Source: Selaginella moellendorffii (Eukaryota > Plantae > Lycopodiophyta). Taken from it: 64,000 nucleotides of DNA. The notes below the pieces were generated by a model, which was not told the DNA's origin, did no database searches, and saw only the letters and a program-made list of their open reading frames with translations. The stretch spans positions 372,001 to 436,000 of the forward strand of contig NW_003314377.1 in the NCBI RefSeq assembly GCF_000143415.4, read 5' to 3'. A program made the translations under genes and the position numbers. Below, piece after piece: positions 9,683 to 21,564 of this stretch (positions are counted from its first letter, which is position 1; each line of letters opens with the position of its first letter).

Positions 9683-11100
9683 TGCGTACACTCCCCATGG
9701 GCTGATGAATGCTGTTTTTTGTTGATCTTCTTTTGCAATGTGTACTTGATTGAATTCGCTGAATTCATCTAGGAATGAATACATCTTGTGTCCGGCTACC
9801 GAATCCAGTATTTCATCCATAAATAAAATTGGAAATGTGTCTGTGGTTGTGCTCTCGTTCAACTTTTTGTAGTTCACACATATTCGCAGTTTGCCATTTT
9901 TCTTGGGCACTATAACTAGTGGCGACAGCCATCTAGCATTCTGTATCAGCCTGATGAATTGAGCTTCAATTATCTTATCGAGTTCGGCTTTAACTCTCTC
10001 CTGGAAGTTCGGGTTCATTCGGTATGCTCTTTGTTTCTTCAGTGTTCCTCCTGAAATGAGTTGAATTCGGTGTGTATAGAGATCAGGAGGTATGCCCCAT
10101 AACTCTTTGTATGACCATGCGAAAACATCCTGATTAAGTCGCAAAAGGTCGATAACTTGTTGTCTGAAGTCGGAATCGAGTTCCTGAGCTATGAGAACAT
10201 TTCGGGGCTTTTCGCTGGTCCCAATGTTTACTGTATCAAGGTCTTCACTGACTTTGATCTTTTTTTGGAGAGTGTCTTCTCCTTCAACTAGTGCAGGAGT
10301 CTCGTTGAGGTCCATCTTTCTTTGGCTGTAATTCCTTGGGTTTGATATCCGGAGCTTCACGTTGATTGATCTTTGGCCATGTTTTGGCTTCTTGAGCAGT
10401 AGTCAGCTTTGCAAGTGGGCTGCTGATGAAGGGGAATTGATATCCTCTCAATGATGATGCTCCAAATTGATTAACTCCAGGAACTTGAGAACTCGGTGTC
10501 CGTCTGTCAGGACTAAATTCCCGGGTCTTGGGTATCGGATTTGGAGTCTGAGTCTGACTGTCTTGTTGCCCGAACTTAGTGAATATTCGTTTGAGAATGT
10601 TATTGCGTTGTTGTTGGAGTTGTGATTTTCTGGCAGATCTATCTTTACCTTCTGTTTCTTTCTGCTGCTTTAATCGGGTCACCTTTAGCGAATGTTATTG
10701 AACTCATTCGACTGCATGCTTTGGACTGGGGTTCCTGAATCAAAGACAGTGTATTTGTATTGTTGATTGGTGTAGATCAGTACAAGTTTCTGAGGATCTA
10801 CCACCATAATCACATCGTAAAGAGCTTTCTCAAGCTGTTCGAATGACAAATTTGGAGCTGCTAACCAGCTGAGATCAATATCTGGTGTACAGATCAGTCC
10901 TATCCTCCTGATGACGTTTATACGTTTCAGTCGAGAATAGAGATATTGTGGTCTCAGTATAGGGGGACGTTGTGATGGAATGGGACAAACAATGATTGTC
11001 AGAGTGTCCCAATCAATGTTGATATTTGCTAAGGGAGAGTTGATGATCTCCTGTGTGATCAAAAGTCGGAGAGGGCTGACGATCACTTGATACTCAATTG
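9683..11100 (-). pseudogene. Ty3/Gypsy pol fragment: N-terminal half of RT and upstream region, same element as 1962-2552
   Basis: [60 protein letters not shown], which continues exactly into YLCMPFG at 2552. Confidence 0.88.
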
Positions 11101-11594
11101 CGCACAAGGTGATATTTGTGATTTGAATATTTGTGATTAAGCATCTATGGGTTTAAATAGTATTAGGTTAAATAACCTCTTAGGAAGTTCGAATTTAGGA
11201 GTTCATGGTATTCAAAAGTTCTTGGATTTGACATTATTGATTAGTTAAAAAGTCATGCCATATATTGTGATTGACATTGGAAGGTTTAGTTTGCCTCTGG
11301 TTGGGCTCAACTCGAAAGGCAAGGTGTCAAAAGAGCTAGGCTCTCAAGAGAGCTATGGCTCTCAACTTCCATTTACAAGGGCGTGATTTGCAAAGAAGTG
11401 TAATGAATTATAACTAACCAAAGAAAACAACTTCAAAGATGATCCATCGGGTATAAATATAAAAGGAAAGGGCTTATAAATAAAAATGCACCCCCTTTCC
11501 CAATATCTTAGGATATTTAAAGTGAAATATCCATGGGTTTAAATAATACTGAGATGGGTGACCTCTTAGAAACTCCAAACTCAGGAGTTTATAT
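11101..11594 (+). mobile_element. Degenerate Cassandra TRIM (rest of 5' LTR, PBS-like TGGTATT, internal region, 3' LTR)
   Basis: AT-eroded match to the reverse complement of 12245-12839, including the 5S-like TAATACTGAGATGGGTGACCTC. Confidence 0.7.
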
Positions 11595-12039
11595 AAAGTT
11601 ATATTTCACTAATAGTTTTTAGTGGATTTATTATAGAAATTCAAATTACAATATCTCTCATATATTAGAAATTATAAATAAAAAGGTTGTTAGACAATCA
11701 TATTTCATAAAAATTTACTAAATGGATTTATAGATATTTAATATAAAGACCTGCTAACTTTTTGTCCTCCCTCAAAGGATGGCTTTCTCCTTATCCTCAG
11801 AATCACATCTAAAATCTAGAGTATTGATAAATTGAAAAAAAATCACAAAGCTTTATAAAAAGAAAAATAATTTTGTGCTAATGTAGTAGGAGGAAATAAC
11901 CATAGTCTCATTTCTCAATTGTGTCATGGTCAATGTATTTAAGAGAATCAGATCTAAAATTGTTATGCTCAATATATTTAAGAGAACTAAATTTAAAATC
12001 ATGCTATATAGATGAGTGAGAAATATACCATTTTTTGAA

Positions 12040-12990
12040 TTTAGATTTTTTGAGAGGCCACCCAGCCTAGTATTACTCAAACGTAAGGAGACTTAACCCC
12101 CAAATATCCCAATACTTAAACCTAACACGTTTTAACCCAAACTAATTGGAAAAAAGGGTGTACTTTTGTTATTTCCCTCTATATTTGAATTATAGATTGT
12201 CTCTCAATTCGTTCTTTTTAATTACTTAGAATTTACTATACTTCTGTAAGGTCCTGAGTTTGGACTTCTCGGGAGGTCATCCAGCCCAGTACTATTCAAA
12301 CCCAAGGACGCTTAACTCCAACTATCCCAAGACCCTTGACCGATTGGAAAAGGGGGTGCACTCTTGTTCATGAGCCCTTTCCCTCTATATTTGAACCCCT
12401 ATGGATCGTCTTTCGAGTCGTTCTCTTTGGTTGCTTACAATCCACCACGCTTCCCTGCAAGTTCACACCCTCGTGAACGAAAGTTGAGAGCCGCAGCTCT
12501 CCCGAGAGCCTCGCTCTCTTGACACCCTACCCCTTGGGTCGAGCCCAGCAGGAGCAAACTGGACCAGCCAGATGTCAATCAACATATGGTGTGATTCCCT
12601 TAGCCAACCAACAGAGTCGGACCCGAGACCTCTCTGATACCAAATGTAAGGTCCTGAGTTTGGACTTCCCGGGAGGTCACCCAACCCAGTACTATTCAAA
12701 CCCAAGGACGCTTAACTTCAACTATCCCAAGACCCTTGACCGATTGGAAAACAGGGTGCACTCTTGTTCATGGGCCCTTTCCCTCTATATTTGAACCCCT
12801 ATGGACCGTCTCTCGAGTCGTTCTCTTTGGTTGCTTACAACTTCCTTACAAGTTCATGCTCGTAAATGGAAATTGAAAGCCACAACTTTCCCAAGAGCTT
12901 TGCTCTTTTGACACCCTACTATTTATGTTGAACTTAATTGAAAGCAAATTAAATTTACTAAATGTCAATTTTAACATGTAGTGTAATTCT
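12040..12990 (-). mobile_element. Older degenerate Cassandra copy that hosts the intact element
   Basis: LTR-like sequence at ~12040-12235 and internal-like sequence at ~12845-12990 flank the young copy. Confidence 0.6.
12245..12839 (-). mobile_element. Intact Cassandra TRIM with 5S-rRNA-derived LTRs
   Basis: 195-bp TG...CA LTRs at 12245-12439 and 12645-12839; 5-bp TSD ACTTC; Met-tRNA PBS (TGGTATCAGAG on minus strand, 12632-12642); PPT. The LTR contains AGTTAAGCGT...TAGTACTGGG..GGGTGACCTCCCGGGAAGTCC, matching the 5S internal promoter region. Confidence 0.95.
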
Positions 12991-13819
12991 TTGTCATGTA
13001 ATTCTCAACATATGATGTAATTCTCTGTCATGTAATTCTCAATATATAATATAATTCTGTTATCTTTGATTACTTACAACTACCTAGTCTCTAGAGGGTG
13101 GTACAATGAGAATTGTTATTTGTTCTATTTGATGCTAAATTTAATAAATCTTTATAATACATCCTAACATATTAAAATGTCAAAGCCACAAAAGTGTGCA
13201 ATATTCCTGCCCAATAGTTAAAAGATAAATTACCCCATATAGAAAAAGAAATAGAATCACTTTGCAAAAACAGAAAAAATGTGTGTGTTAAGAGGGCTAA
13301 AATCACATTGCATTTAGTGTTAGAGCATTGTAAGAAAATTCAAAACTTATTTGCTAATGGGCTCTTTGGTTTTAAATATATGAGAATGGTAAGCAAAATT
13401 CCCAACTTCACTAAGGGCATTCCTAGTTATAATAAATTTTCTTATTATTTAGTAATATCTTTTCAGGCTACTATCAATTTTACTAAGAGGTTCTGATCTC
13501 TTTTGTGGTTAAAAGACTTGAATCAATTCATTATGAAATTTTTGCATAGACTATGCAATTCATTCTTTTATTTTCCTTCACCTTGCTGTAAATAATGTTC
13601 ACATTGAGCATGTCCAGTAACTATGACAATTCAAATGATCACCTTTATTTTATAGCACATGCTGTCAAACACATTGTATGCATCCCTGCATTTTCCATAA
13701 ATTTTCCACTTAAAGAGAAAAATCCAACCCATAACCGACTACAACTTATAAATGTGATTATCAGTTCAAAGAACTTCAAGAGAAAAACAAGCATCTAAAG
13801 CCATGAGAAGGTGATCTTT

Positions 13820-16800
13820 TTTTATCTTAGGCCTGCATTTTGCTCTATCAGAAATGCATATTGCAACTTTCCATGCCAAGTATATGTGCTAAATGACAAT
13901 CGTCCAAGGCTCACACTAAAACATAATTGCACTTCAAGACTATTGCTCAACTAATAAGAACCCTTCCAGACACAAGTATGCATAGAGGTGGATTGCTTGC
14001 TTACCACACTCATGCGACACATAGACAGTGATCATCGTGTTTCATCCCGCTCAATCAAATGCATCTCAATAAGCCCACACTTTCCATACATATAAACTCA
14101 ACTACTAGAAAGAATTCAAGCACAGATTTACTTGCCCTTGGAGAGAATCTCCCAGCACAGTGCAAACACCCATGGCCTTCAGAAGAGTGATCTCATTGCC
14201 CTCCATGCCTCCAAGGGTGCGAACTCTTACTCCAAGTACGTTTCTCAGTGGTCAAGGCTTTTGAGAGGTAAAATCGAACCCTATCCTACTTTTGCCCTTT
14301 CTTTTGTCGATCTTCCAGCTCGTAAGTCCTCAAATCCCGAAACGATGATGAAAGAATCGCTTGGAACAGGTCCGGAAGTTTTGAATCAAAGAAATGGCAA
14401 GGGCGATGGAACAACGAGCGCTGGGGCGTGGGCGATCCGATCGCGCAGCTCGCCGCCAAGCCCGCTTGCAACTACAAGTAGTGTCTATCTGGAGCTGGAG
14501 GAGAGCTTGGCGAAGCACTTGGCTGGAGATCTCAGCGAAGAAACAGGCATCAACTTCGCGGACAGTCGTGTTTTCAGTCTCAGCCCTGCTCCAAGTCGGG
14601 TGTTCGCGTCCTCCTCAGGCTCTCTTTTGCTGGCACACACAGCGAGCTTGATCTCGGCATCACTTGGACAGCCCCGGTGGATTGGTCTCCGGCTCGGGCT
14701 CAGTTCTACACAAGCTGGTACTTGGCTGGCAGCGGGAATGCAAGGGGATCCATCGTGATTTCGTTTCGGGCAAATGATGGTTCTTCCCGGGACTGTTGCT
14801 CTCCAGGCATCGAGGCAGCCGAGGATGATACCGAGGTATGTTCGTTTGAATGGCCACACGCTACAGGTTTCGTTGGATTGCCAAAACGTGGAGTTTTGGG
14901 ACTGATGAGATTCACACCAGCAGAAGATCGCAAAGCTCCTGCGGCTGTGGAGATTTCTCAGCGAGTTTCTATTGCAACCCAGGCCATAACTCTTGACGAT
15001 CTATTACCACGATGATCGATTCACAACCCAAGAGGGGGCTTTGCCAAGGACGAAACGCCGAGCAGCACGAATGCGGGGGATAATCTCGTCTGGTGGGCGA
15101 TCTAACAAAAACGCCATGGATTTCGCAAAGACCCCTGTCATATGGTTCAAGTACATGGTATGATTTTTTTATTACGGGAACCCGGTTGCCGAGATGATGG
15201 CTATCAGGTAAGTGTAGAGGTAAACCGTTGTAGAAGACCCGGGTTCGATGCCGAAGGGTCCACTCAACAAGGACTTTTATGCAAAAATTTTCCTAAATAA
15301 GGAGCCATTATTCTGGTTCGCCGGCTCACAAAAACAGCTTAGACCAGTCATTTAGGACATCGGTCTCCCAAAACAAACGTTTCGGGTTCGATTCTCTTCC
15401 CGATATTTGTAAATACCAAATACTGAATCATCGTCGATCATCAATGCGGATGCTCTGGCATCGCGACGCTGGAGTTGCGCAGATTGACGTGGGCAAGCTG
15501 GAGACTGCGGCGGCTGTGATAATCCATTTCCTGGCCTATCGGCGCAGCGGCGGCTCCAGCCCTGGCAGCTGATTCTCTTGTCTCGTCTGATTCCATTGAC
15601 AAGACATGATCGATCGCAGGCGCTCCTCCTCCTCCTCGCAGTGTAGCTTTCTCGACGCTGACCTTGTGTTTGGCGCCCTGGCGGCGGGATACGTTTTCAG
15701 GGACCAAGGTTGAGAGGTATGAACTTCCAGAGAAGTAGACTTTGTAAGCTTTCGGTGTGATCTTTCCAGGTTCAGGGCTGTGCTTGGAGCATCGACGCCA
15801 CACATTCACCATCCATTCCTGTCACGAACAGGCAATTCCATCCTCAGGCAGCTCAAGTGGACGAAGTTCTCCATGTGCCTGGTGGGTTTGGGGGAATCAA
15901 ACAAGCCCGCTTTTTCTCGGAGAGACTGCCGTCCTGCCCGAGCTTGATACTCCTCCCGATTTTAGCACCCAAAAATCACCCCGATTCTTGAGACGCATCA
16001 AGGATATTTACTAGCCAGACTTCCATGGTGTCTACATGAAAGGTTTATGCGAAGGAGGACGCCACCCTCACTGTCAGAGCGTGGTCGAGGCTTTTGACAA
16101 GCGCCAAAGGGGTGATTACAGTTCCCCCGCATTGATCTGCCACAGGAAAACTAAATCTCTCGTGCCTCTTGATTATTGCTAGATGGTGCAGAACTACCAC
16201 TTTCTGTTCTGTCTGGAAGCGTCCCAGTTGTCACCGCACCAAATGCCACGAACTTTCAATTGCTATCTAGGGTATAAAATGAGTAACTATCACAAATATT
16301 CTTTTGCATAGCTCGAACCAAGGCACCACTGGACTACTGATCTTTCATAACATTATTAAGAAAGGAAGGCTTTAATGTGAAAAAAGCCTGATCTTGTCCA
16401 TAACCAATAAGAGGGGATAGAGGATCAGCAAGCAATCCCAAAGTGTATGCGACATTTCTACTTCCATATTTTTTATGCTAGAACCAGTGCATCTTAGATT
16501 CTTTGACAAGGAGAGGCACTAAAATAGCATCAAACTTGTAAATAGGTACTGTGCATCACCTTGACCACATCAAAATAAAAAGTAATACTGTGTTCATTTC
16601 CGGAAATTGAAGAGTAGTATAAATAAATTGCTACGTGTTGCATGTAGCAACGCTTGGTTTGCTTAATACTAGTTTTATTATTACTTATTAATCCAATTGA
16701 TCAAATAAAGTTTATAATTATAAGCATGTTTGTAATTTATATATACAAGATTAATTTTATTGCATATCAACCATTAGATGGTAGAATAAAAAAGAATATA

Positions 16801-17350
16801 CTAGAAAAGGTTTAAGAAAGTTTATAAATTATAAACATGTTTATAAATTATAAATACAAGATTAATCTAAATGAATAACAACCGTTGGATGGTAGAATAT
16901 CCTAGAATATCCAAGCATATCCTAAGTATATTCACTACCATCCCAGTCCCCCTATAGGTTTGCTTAAGCAAACCAAAAGGGCTTTTCATAGATAACAAAT
17001 TTTCTTGCATTTCTGGGACATGCGTATAGTGCCATTTGTTAAGCTCAATGAGAATAGAACCAACACCTTTAGCCTCATAGAATTTTGCATTGGTGACTCC
17101 ACAATGGGTACTGGTGTAGGCAAGTCTACCAATTGAACAAAATTTACTTAATTTCTTGACATTCAAAATTATTGAATACATTGTCCTTTTGAAGGGTGAG
17201 CCAATAAATATATACTTCTAGATGGTGTAAGCCTTAATCAAGTATATGTTATTAATTTTAATATTTGTGAATTTGAGATTTTATGGCTTAACTCTTTCTA
17301 GATTATACCATTTAAGGAGGTTTATTTATCCTATGCAAAGATTCATCCTA
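13820..17350 (+). repeat. Arm 1 of a ~3.5 kb inverted duplication (partner 38170-41880)
   Basis: ORFs 15441-15812, 15536-15805 and 15757-16014 recur as near-identical reverse complements at 39158-39731. Boundaries are approximate. Confidence 0.9.
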
Positions 17351-20300
17351 TTTAGCAAGTAGTTTGACTTTGTTGTTTACAACAATGTCATTGCAATTGT
17401 CTTCTAAGACAATTGACTTTGTTGTAGTTGTTAAACTAGAAACTCTATATATTTACTCATTTTCTATTTTAGATTACAATTAATTTAAAAAGTTAGAATA
17501 AGGATTAACTATTATATTCATTTCAAAAGGAACTTTTATATATATTTATTTGAATTTTATAATTTATTTTTGCTTTAGATAATTGTAAACATAACAATTA
17601 TATCATAAATTTATTTATTTTATATAATAAATTTAAAGTTTATAAAATTTTATTTAGGTACTCCAATGAAGTTTTAATGGTGTGGCATTTAGAAAAAGCA
17701 GTAAAAATATATCAATTTTTACTCTTTAGTGAAATTTCATAAACACTGAAAACATATATTGTGTTATAACATTACAAAGATAGAATAACTTCTTATTCTA
17801 CTGTTGAAAAACCACTCAAATATGCTAACAATATCATAAATTTTATCACAACAATATAAACATTTAATAATATAAGCATTCAAGATTATTTTTTAATTTA
17901 TGCATATCTTCAATTGAGAAAGAGTTTATTAAAAATTTATATATATACATTCAATATTAGATATATAAATATAATTCTTGTATATATTGTTATTAAGTTA
18001 AAATTTAATATTAAATATTTTTTGTGAGGGCCAAGTATATGGCTATGATGCTATATAAAAATATTAGCATAGTAGGATTTTGGTAGCTGTTAGATTGATT
18101 TCAATCCAGATCACTCGCTCTTGTATATAAACTAGGGTTTATGGGTTAATTGATATGTACATTTTTTATATTCTTTTTCATATTCCATGCACTCACATTG
18201 GTGGAGGTGATATGCACTTTAGATTATCCCTGAGGATTGTTTGGATTTGGGATTTTGGTTTACATCTAGGTTTTTCCATTTGTTTTTTCCCTTTAGGATT
18301 TTGGTTTAGATTTAGCTTTTTGCATTATCTAGATCTTCATTTCCTTCTAGCTTTTGTCATTCCTCTTCTTTCACTCTTTCTTTTTTGTTCATCTTCATAG
18401 CAAATCAGCAATCTCCTCCTTTGACTCTAGAGCAGCAGTTGGTACAATTGCTTGATGCTATGTGCTTACAATTGAACAACCAAACTCAGTTGATAGCGGC
18501 ATTCATGGCATGTGGTACAACTTCTCCTGCTCTTGGTGCCAATCCTCGCATTCAGCTGGAGTTTTTTCGTGGGAATCCTGGGGATGATGTGTACTATTGG
18601 TTCAATCACTTCACAGTGATTGCCACATATCATTCTTGGGATGATAATCGACATTTGCATGAGTTTCCCACATGTCTCCAAGGGACGGTGTTGTAGTGGT
18701 ACAATGGTTTGAGTGCAGCCACTTGTAGGGATTGGAGTGTTCTCCCAGACGTCTTCAAACGCATATTTGGACATGCCGACGATTGTGATGATGCCTTCCA
18801 ACAATTACATCATCTTCGCCAAGGGCCATCTGAGTCGGTGATGCAATTTAGCTTTCGTTTCCGAAGTCTTTTGCTTTGTGTGGAGCCAAATATGTCGGAG
18901 CGGATTAAGCTAGGAATGTTGTGGCCAGCACTTCATCAAGATCTTGTCGGACTTATGCATGCACTTGCTCCAGCAACTCTTGACAATGTTTTTTGCTTGG
19001 CACAACATTATGAGATGTCACCTCGTCCACTTCTTGCTGCCCATCCTTTTGCTCCTCTTCCTGTAGGCGATGGTTCTGTTCCAATGGAGGTTGGTGCTGC
19101 TGCTGCTCGAGTCCAAGGACAAGGGCAAGGACGTGGTTGTGGCCATGACGTTTGTTGTTGGGCATGTGATGAAGTTGGGCATACCTATTGGCATTGTTGG
19201 CGTTTTTCGGATTGGCAACCTCCATTTCCTGGGTGGGGACTTTGGCATCAACAACATCCCGTTGGTGTTGCTGTAATGGAAGGTTTAGACACTACAATGC
19301 ATCCGGGAAACGAAAAGTTGCGCGAGTAATGGAGGGACCTTGTGTGAATAATTCAATGACCCCTCCATCTTTCTTTCGGGAGTATCATCAAGGGGTTCAC
19401 TCGGCATCGGTTCATTCAGTGTTTATTTTCCAAACTCGTTTTTATAACAAGAGGTTTCCTATTATTCTCTCTATATTGGTTGATACAGATTTGAGTTTAT
19501 TTTCTATTGCTCAACCTATTGGCACAAGTTGCCGTTTACACTTGCGTCATGCGGTATAACCAGTTTTCATTCTTTATGGCAATAGCCGTACACATGCATG
19601 TGCACGGGATGAGGCGGACCTGGTTGTGCGTGTGGGTGATCTTGAGCTTGAGTTGCAATCCTTGCGGGTGGTGCCGAGTTAAGCTTCTGACCTCATCCTT
19701 GGTATGAATTGGTTGCAACACAATCATGCTAAATGTGACTTTGAGGCTTCTTCCCCTTGTCTCATACTTCTTTATGGTTCATCCATTCCTCTCACTTTTG
19801 TACCTCTTCGTCCCTCTATTTCTACTTCTGCTTCCATTACTTTTGTTCCCCTATTATTTCCTCCTATGTTTCCGTCTTGTTCTTCTCTTCCCTTTTCCAG
19901 TCCCTTCAACAATCTTTGTGTTGCAGTGGTTGACCAGCTTATGAAGGAGTATTCTGATCTCTTTGACTTTGACAAATCGTCTGGGGCCAAGATTGCCACA
20001 TGTCATCCGATTCCAAATGGGGATGCTCGTTTAATCAAGGTTCCTGTTCGTTGTCGGTCACCCAAAGAGATCAAGATTTTACGCGCAAATGTTAAAGAAA
20101 TGTTAGAGAAGGGTGTTATTCGGAAGTCGCAATGTCCTTGGGTATGTGAACCTTATCTTGTGACGAAGCCTGATGGGAGTATTTGTTTATGCATCAACTA
20201 TCATCCGTTAAACGAAGTGACGATCCCAGATGTGTACCCTCTTCTTCACACTGTTAATCTTTTGGATTGTCTAAGGCGAAGTCATTGGTTCACCAAGCTA

Positions 20301-21564
20301 GATCTTGCTTCTGGGTACTGGCAAGTACCAATAGCCGAAGAAGATATTCCTTAGACTGCTTTTCGTATACCATTTAGATTGTATGAGTTCTTGGTGATGC
20401 CGTTTGGTTTGAACAATGCTCCAGCAACTTTCCAACGGATGATGGACGAAGTCCTTTGCGATATGCTAGAGGTGACTGCTGACTTCATTGATGATGTCTT
20501 GATCCATTCGGAGGGGATGTGGGAGGAGCATGTTCATGATGTTCGTAAAGTGTTGGATTGGCTACGGGACGTTGGTTTAAAGCTGAAGTGGTCAAAGTGC
20601 GTGTTTCGTTCCAAGGACACAACTTATCTTGGGTACTATATTTCTCCTGAGGGTTTGCAAATTGATCTTGACAAACTTGTGGCTATTCTAAAGTTCCCTA
20701 CTCTGAAGTGTGTAAATGATGTGTAGTGCTTTTTGGGCAAGGTGCAGTATCTCGGTCGCTTTGTGGATCATCTTTTTGATCGCACTGCACCATTGCAAGC
20801 GTTGCTGAAGTCATCAACATCATCTTTCATCTGGTCTCCGGATTGTCAGCAGGCATTCATGGATCTCAAAGAGCTATTGACGACTCCTCCAGTTTTGGCA
20901 TATCCTGACTATACTCGACCTTTTATTTTGCGCGTGGATGCTTTTGACATTGGTGTTGGAGGAGTGTTGATGCAAGAAAGCTTGAGTGTGCCTTGTCAGT
21001 GCCATCCCATTGTGTATATAAGCCATACATTACAACCAGCGGAGATGAACTACTCCACGATAGAGGAGTGTTTAGCAACACTCTGGGGTTTTGAGAAACT
21101 TCAGACATATCTACATGGTTCTTGGACATTACTTAAAGGTGACCATGCTGCCGTCACTTTATTAGTGAAATGGAAGAACTTCGTTAGTCGTACTACTAGG
21201 TGGGCATATGGGACATCATTGTGTAACTGAGAAGCTGCACAGGTTTTCTATTGGCCGAAGATGCGACGTGATGTTATCCGGTATGTGCATAGCTGCGTTT
21301 GGTGCCAAACTCGTAATATTCCCCCTCGTGTCGTGGAAGGACGGTTGGCATCAATTACAATTTCCCGTCCATTTGAGTTGGTGGAATTTGATCTTATAGG
21401 ACCTTTTCCATGGTCGATTGCTGGCAATGAGTATGTTATTATTGTTTTTGACTACTCGACTCGTTGGGTGGAAGTTGATGCTCTTGCTAGCATCTTTGCA
21501 ACTGTTGTTGGATACTTCCTCCTCAATCAAGTAGTGTTCCAGCATTCTTGTCTAGAGTAGATTC

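Noticed and set aside
9450-9698. Functional alpha-tubulin gene
   Set aside because: Only the last ~75 codons are present, fused to RT sequence, with substitutions at conserved sites.
12300-12720. 5S rRNA gene
   Set aside because: Only the internal promoter part of 5S is present, embedded in TG...CA LTRs with PBS and TSD, so it is Cassandra.
14132-16014. Protein-coding genes in the inverted arms
   Set aside because: No recognisable domain; ORFs overlap on both strands and differ by frame-breaking indels between copies.
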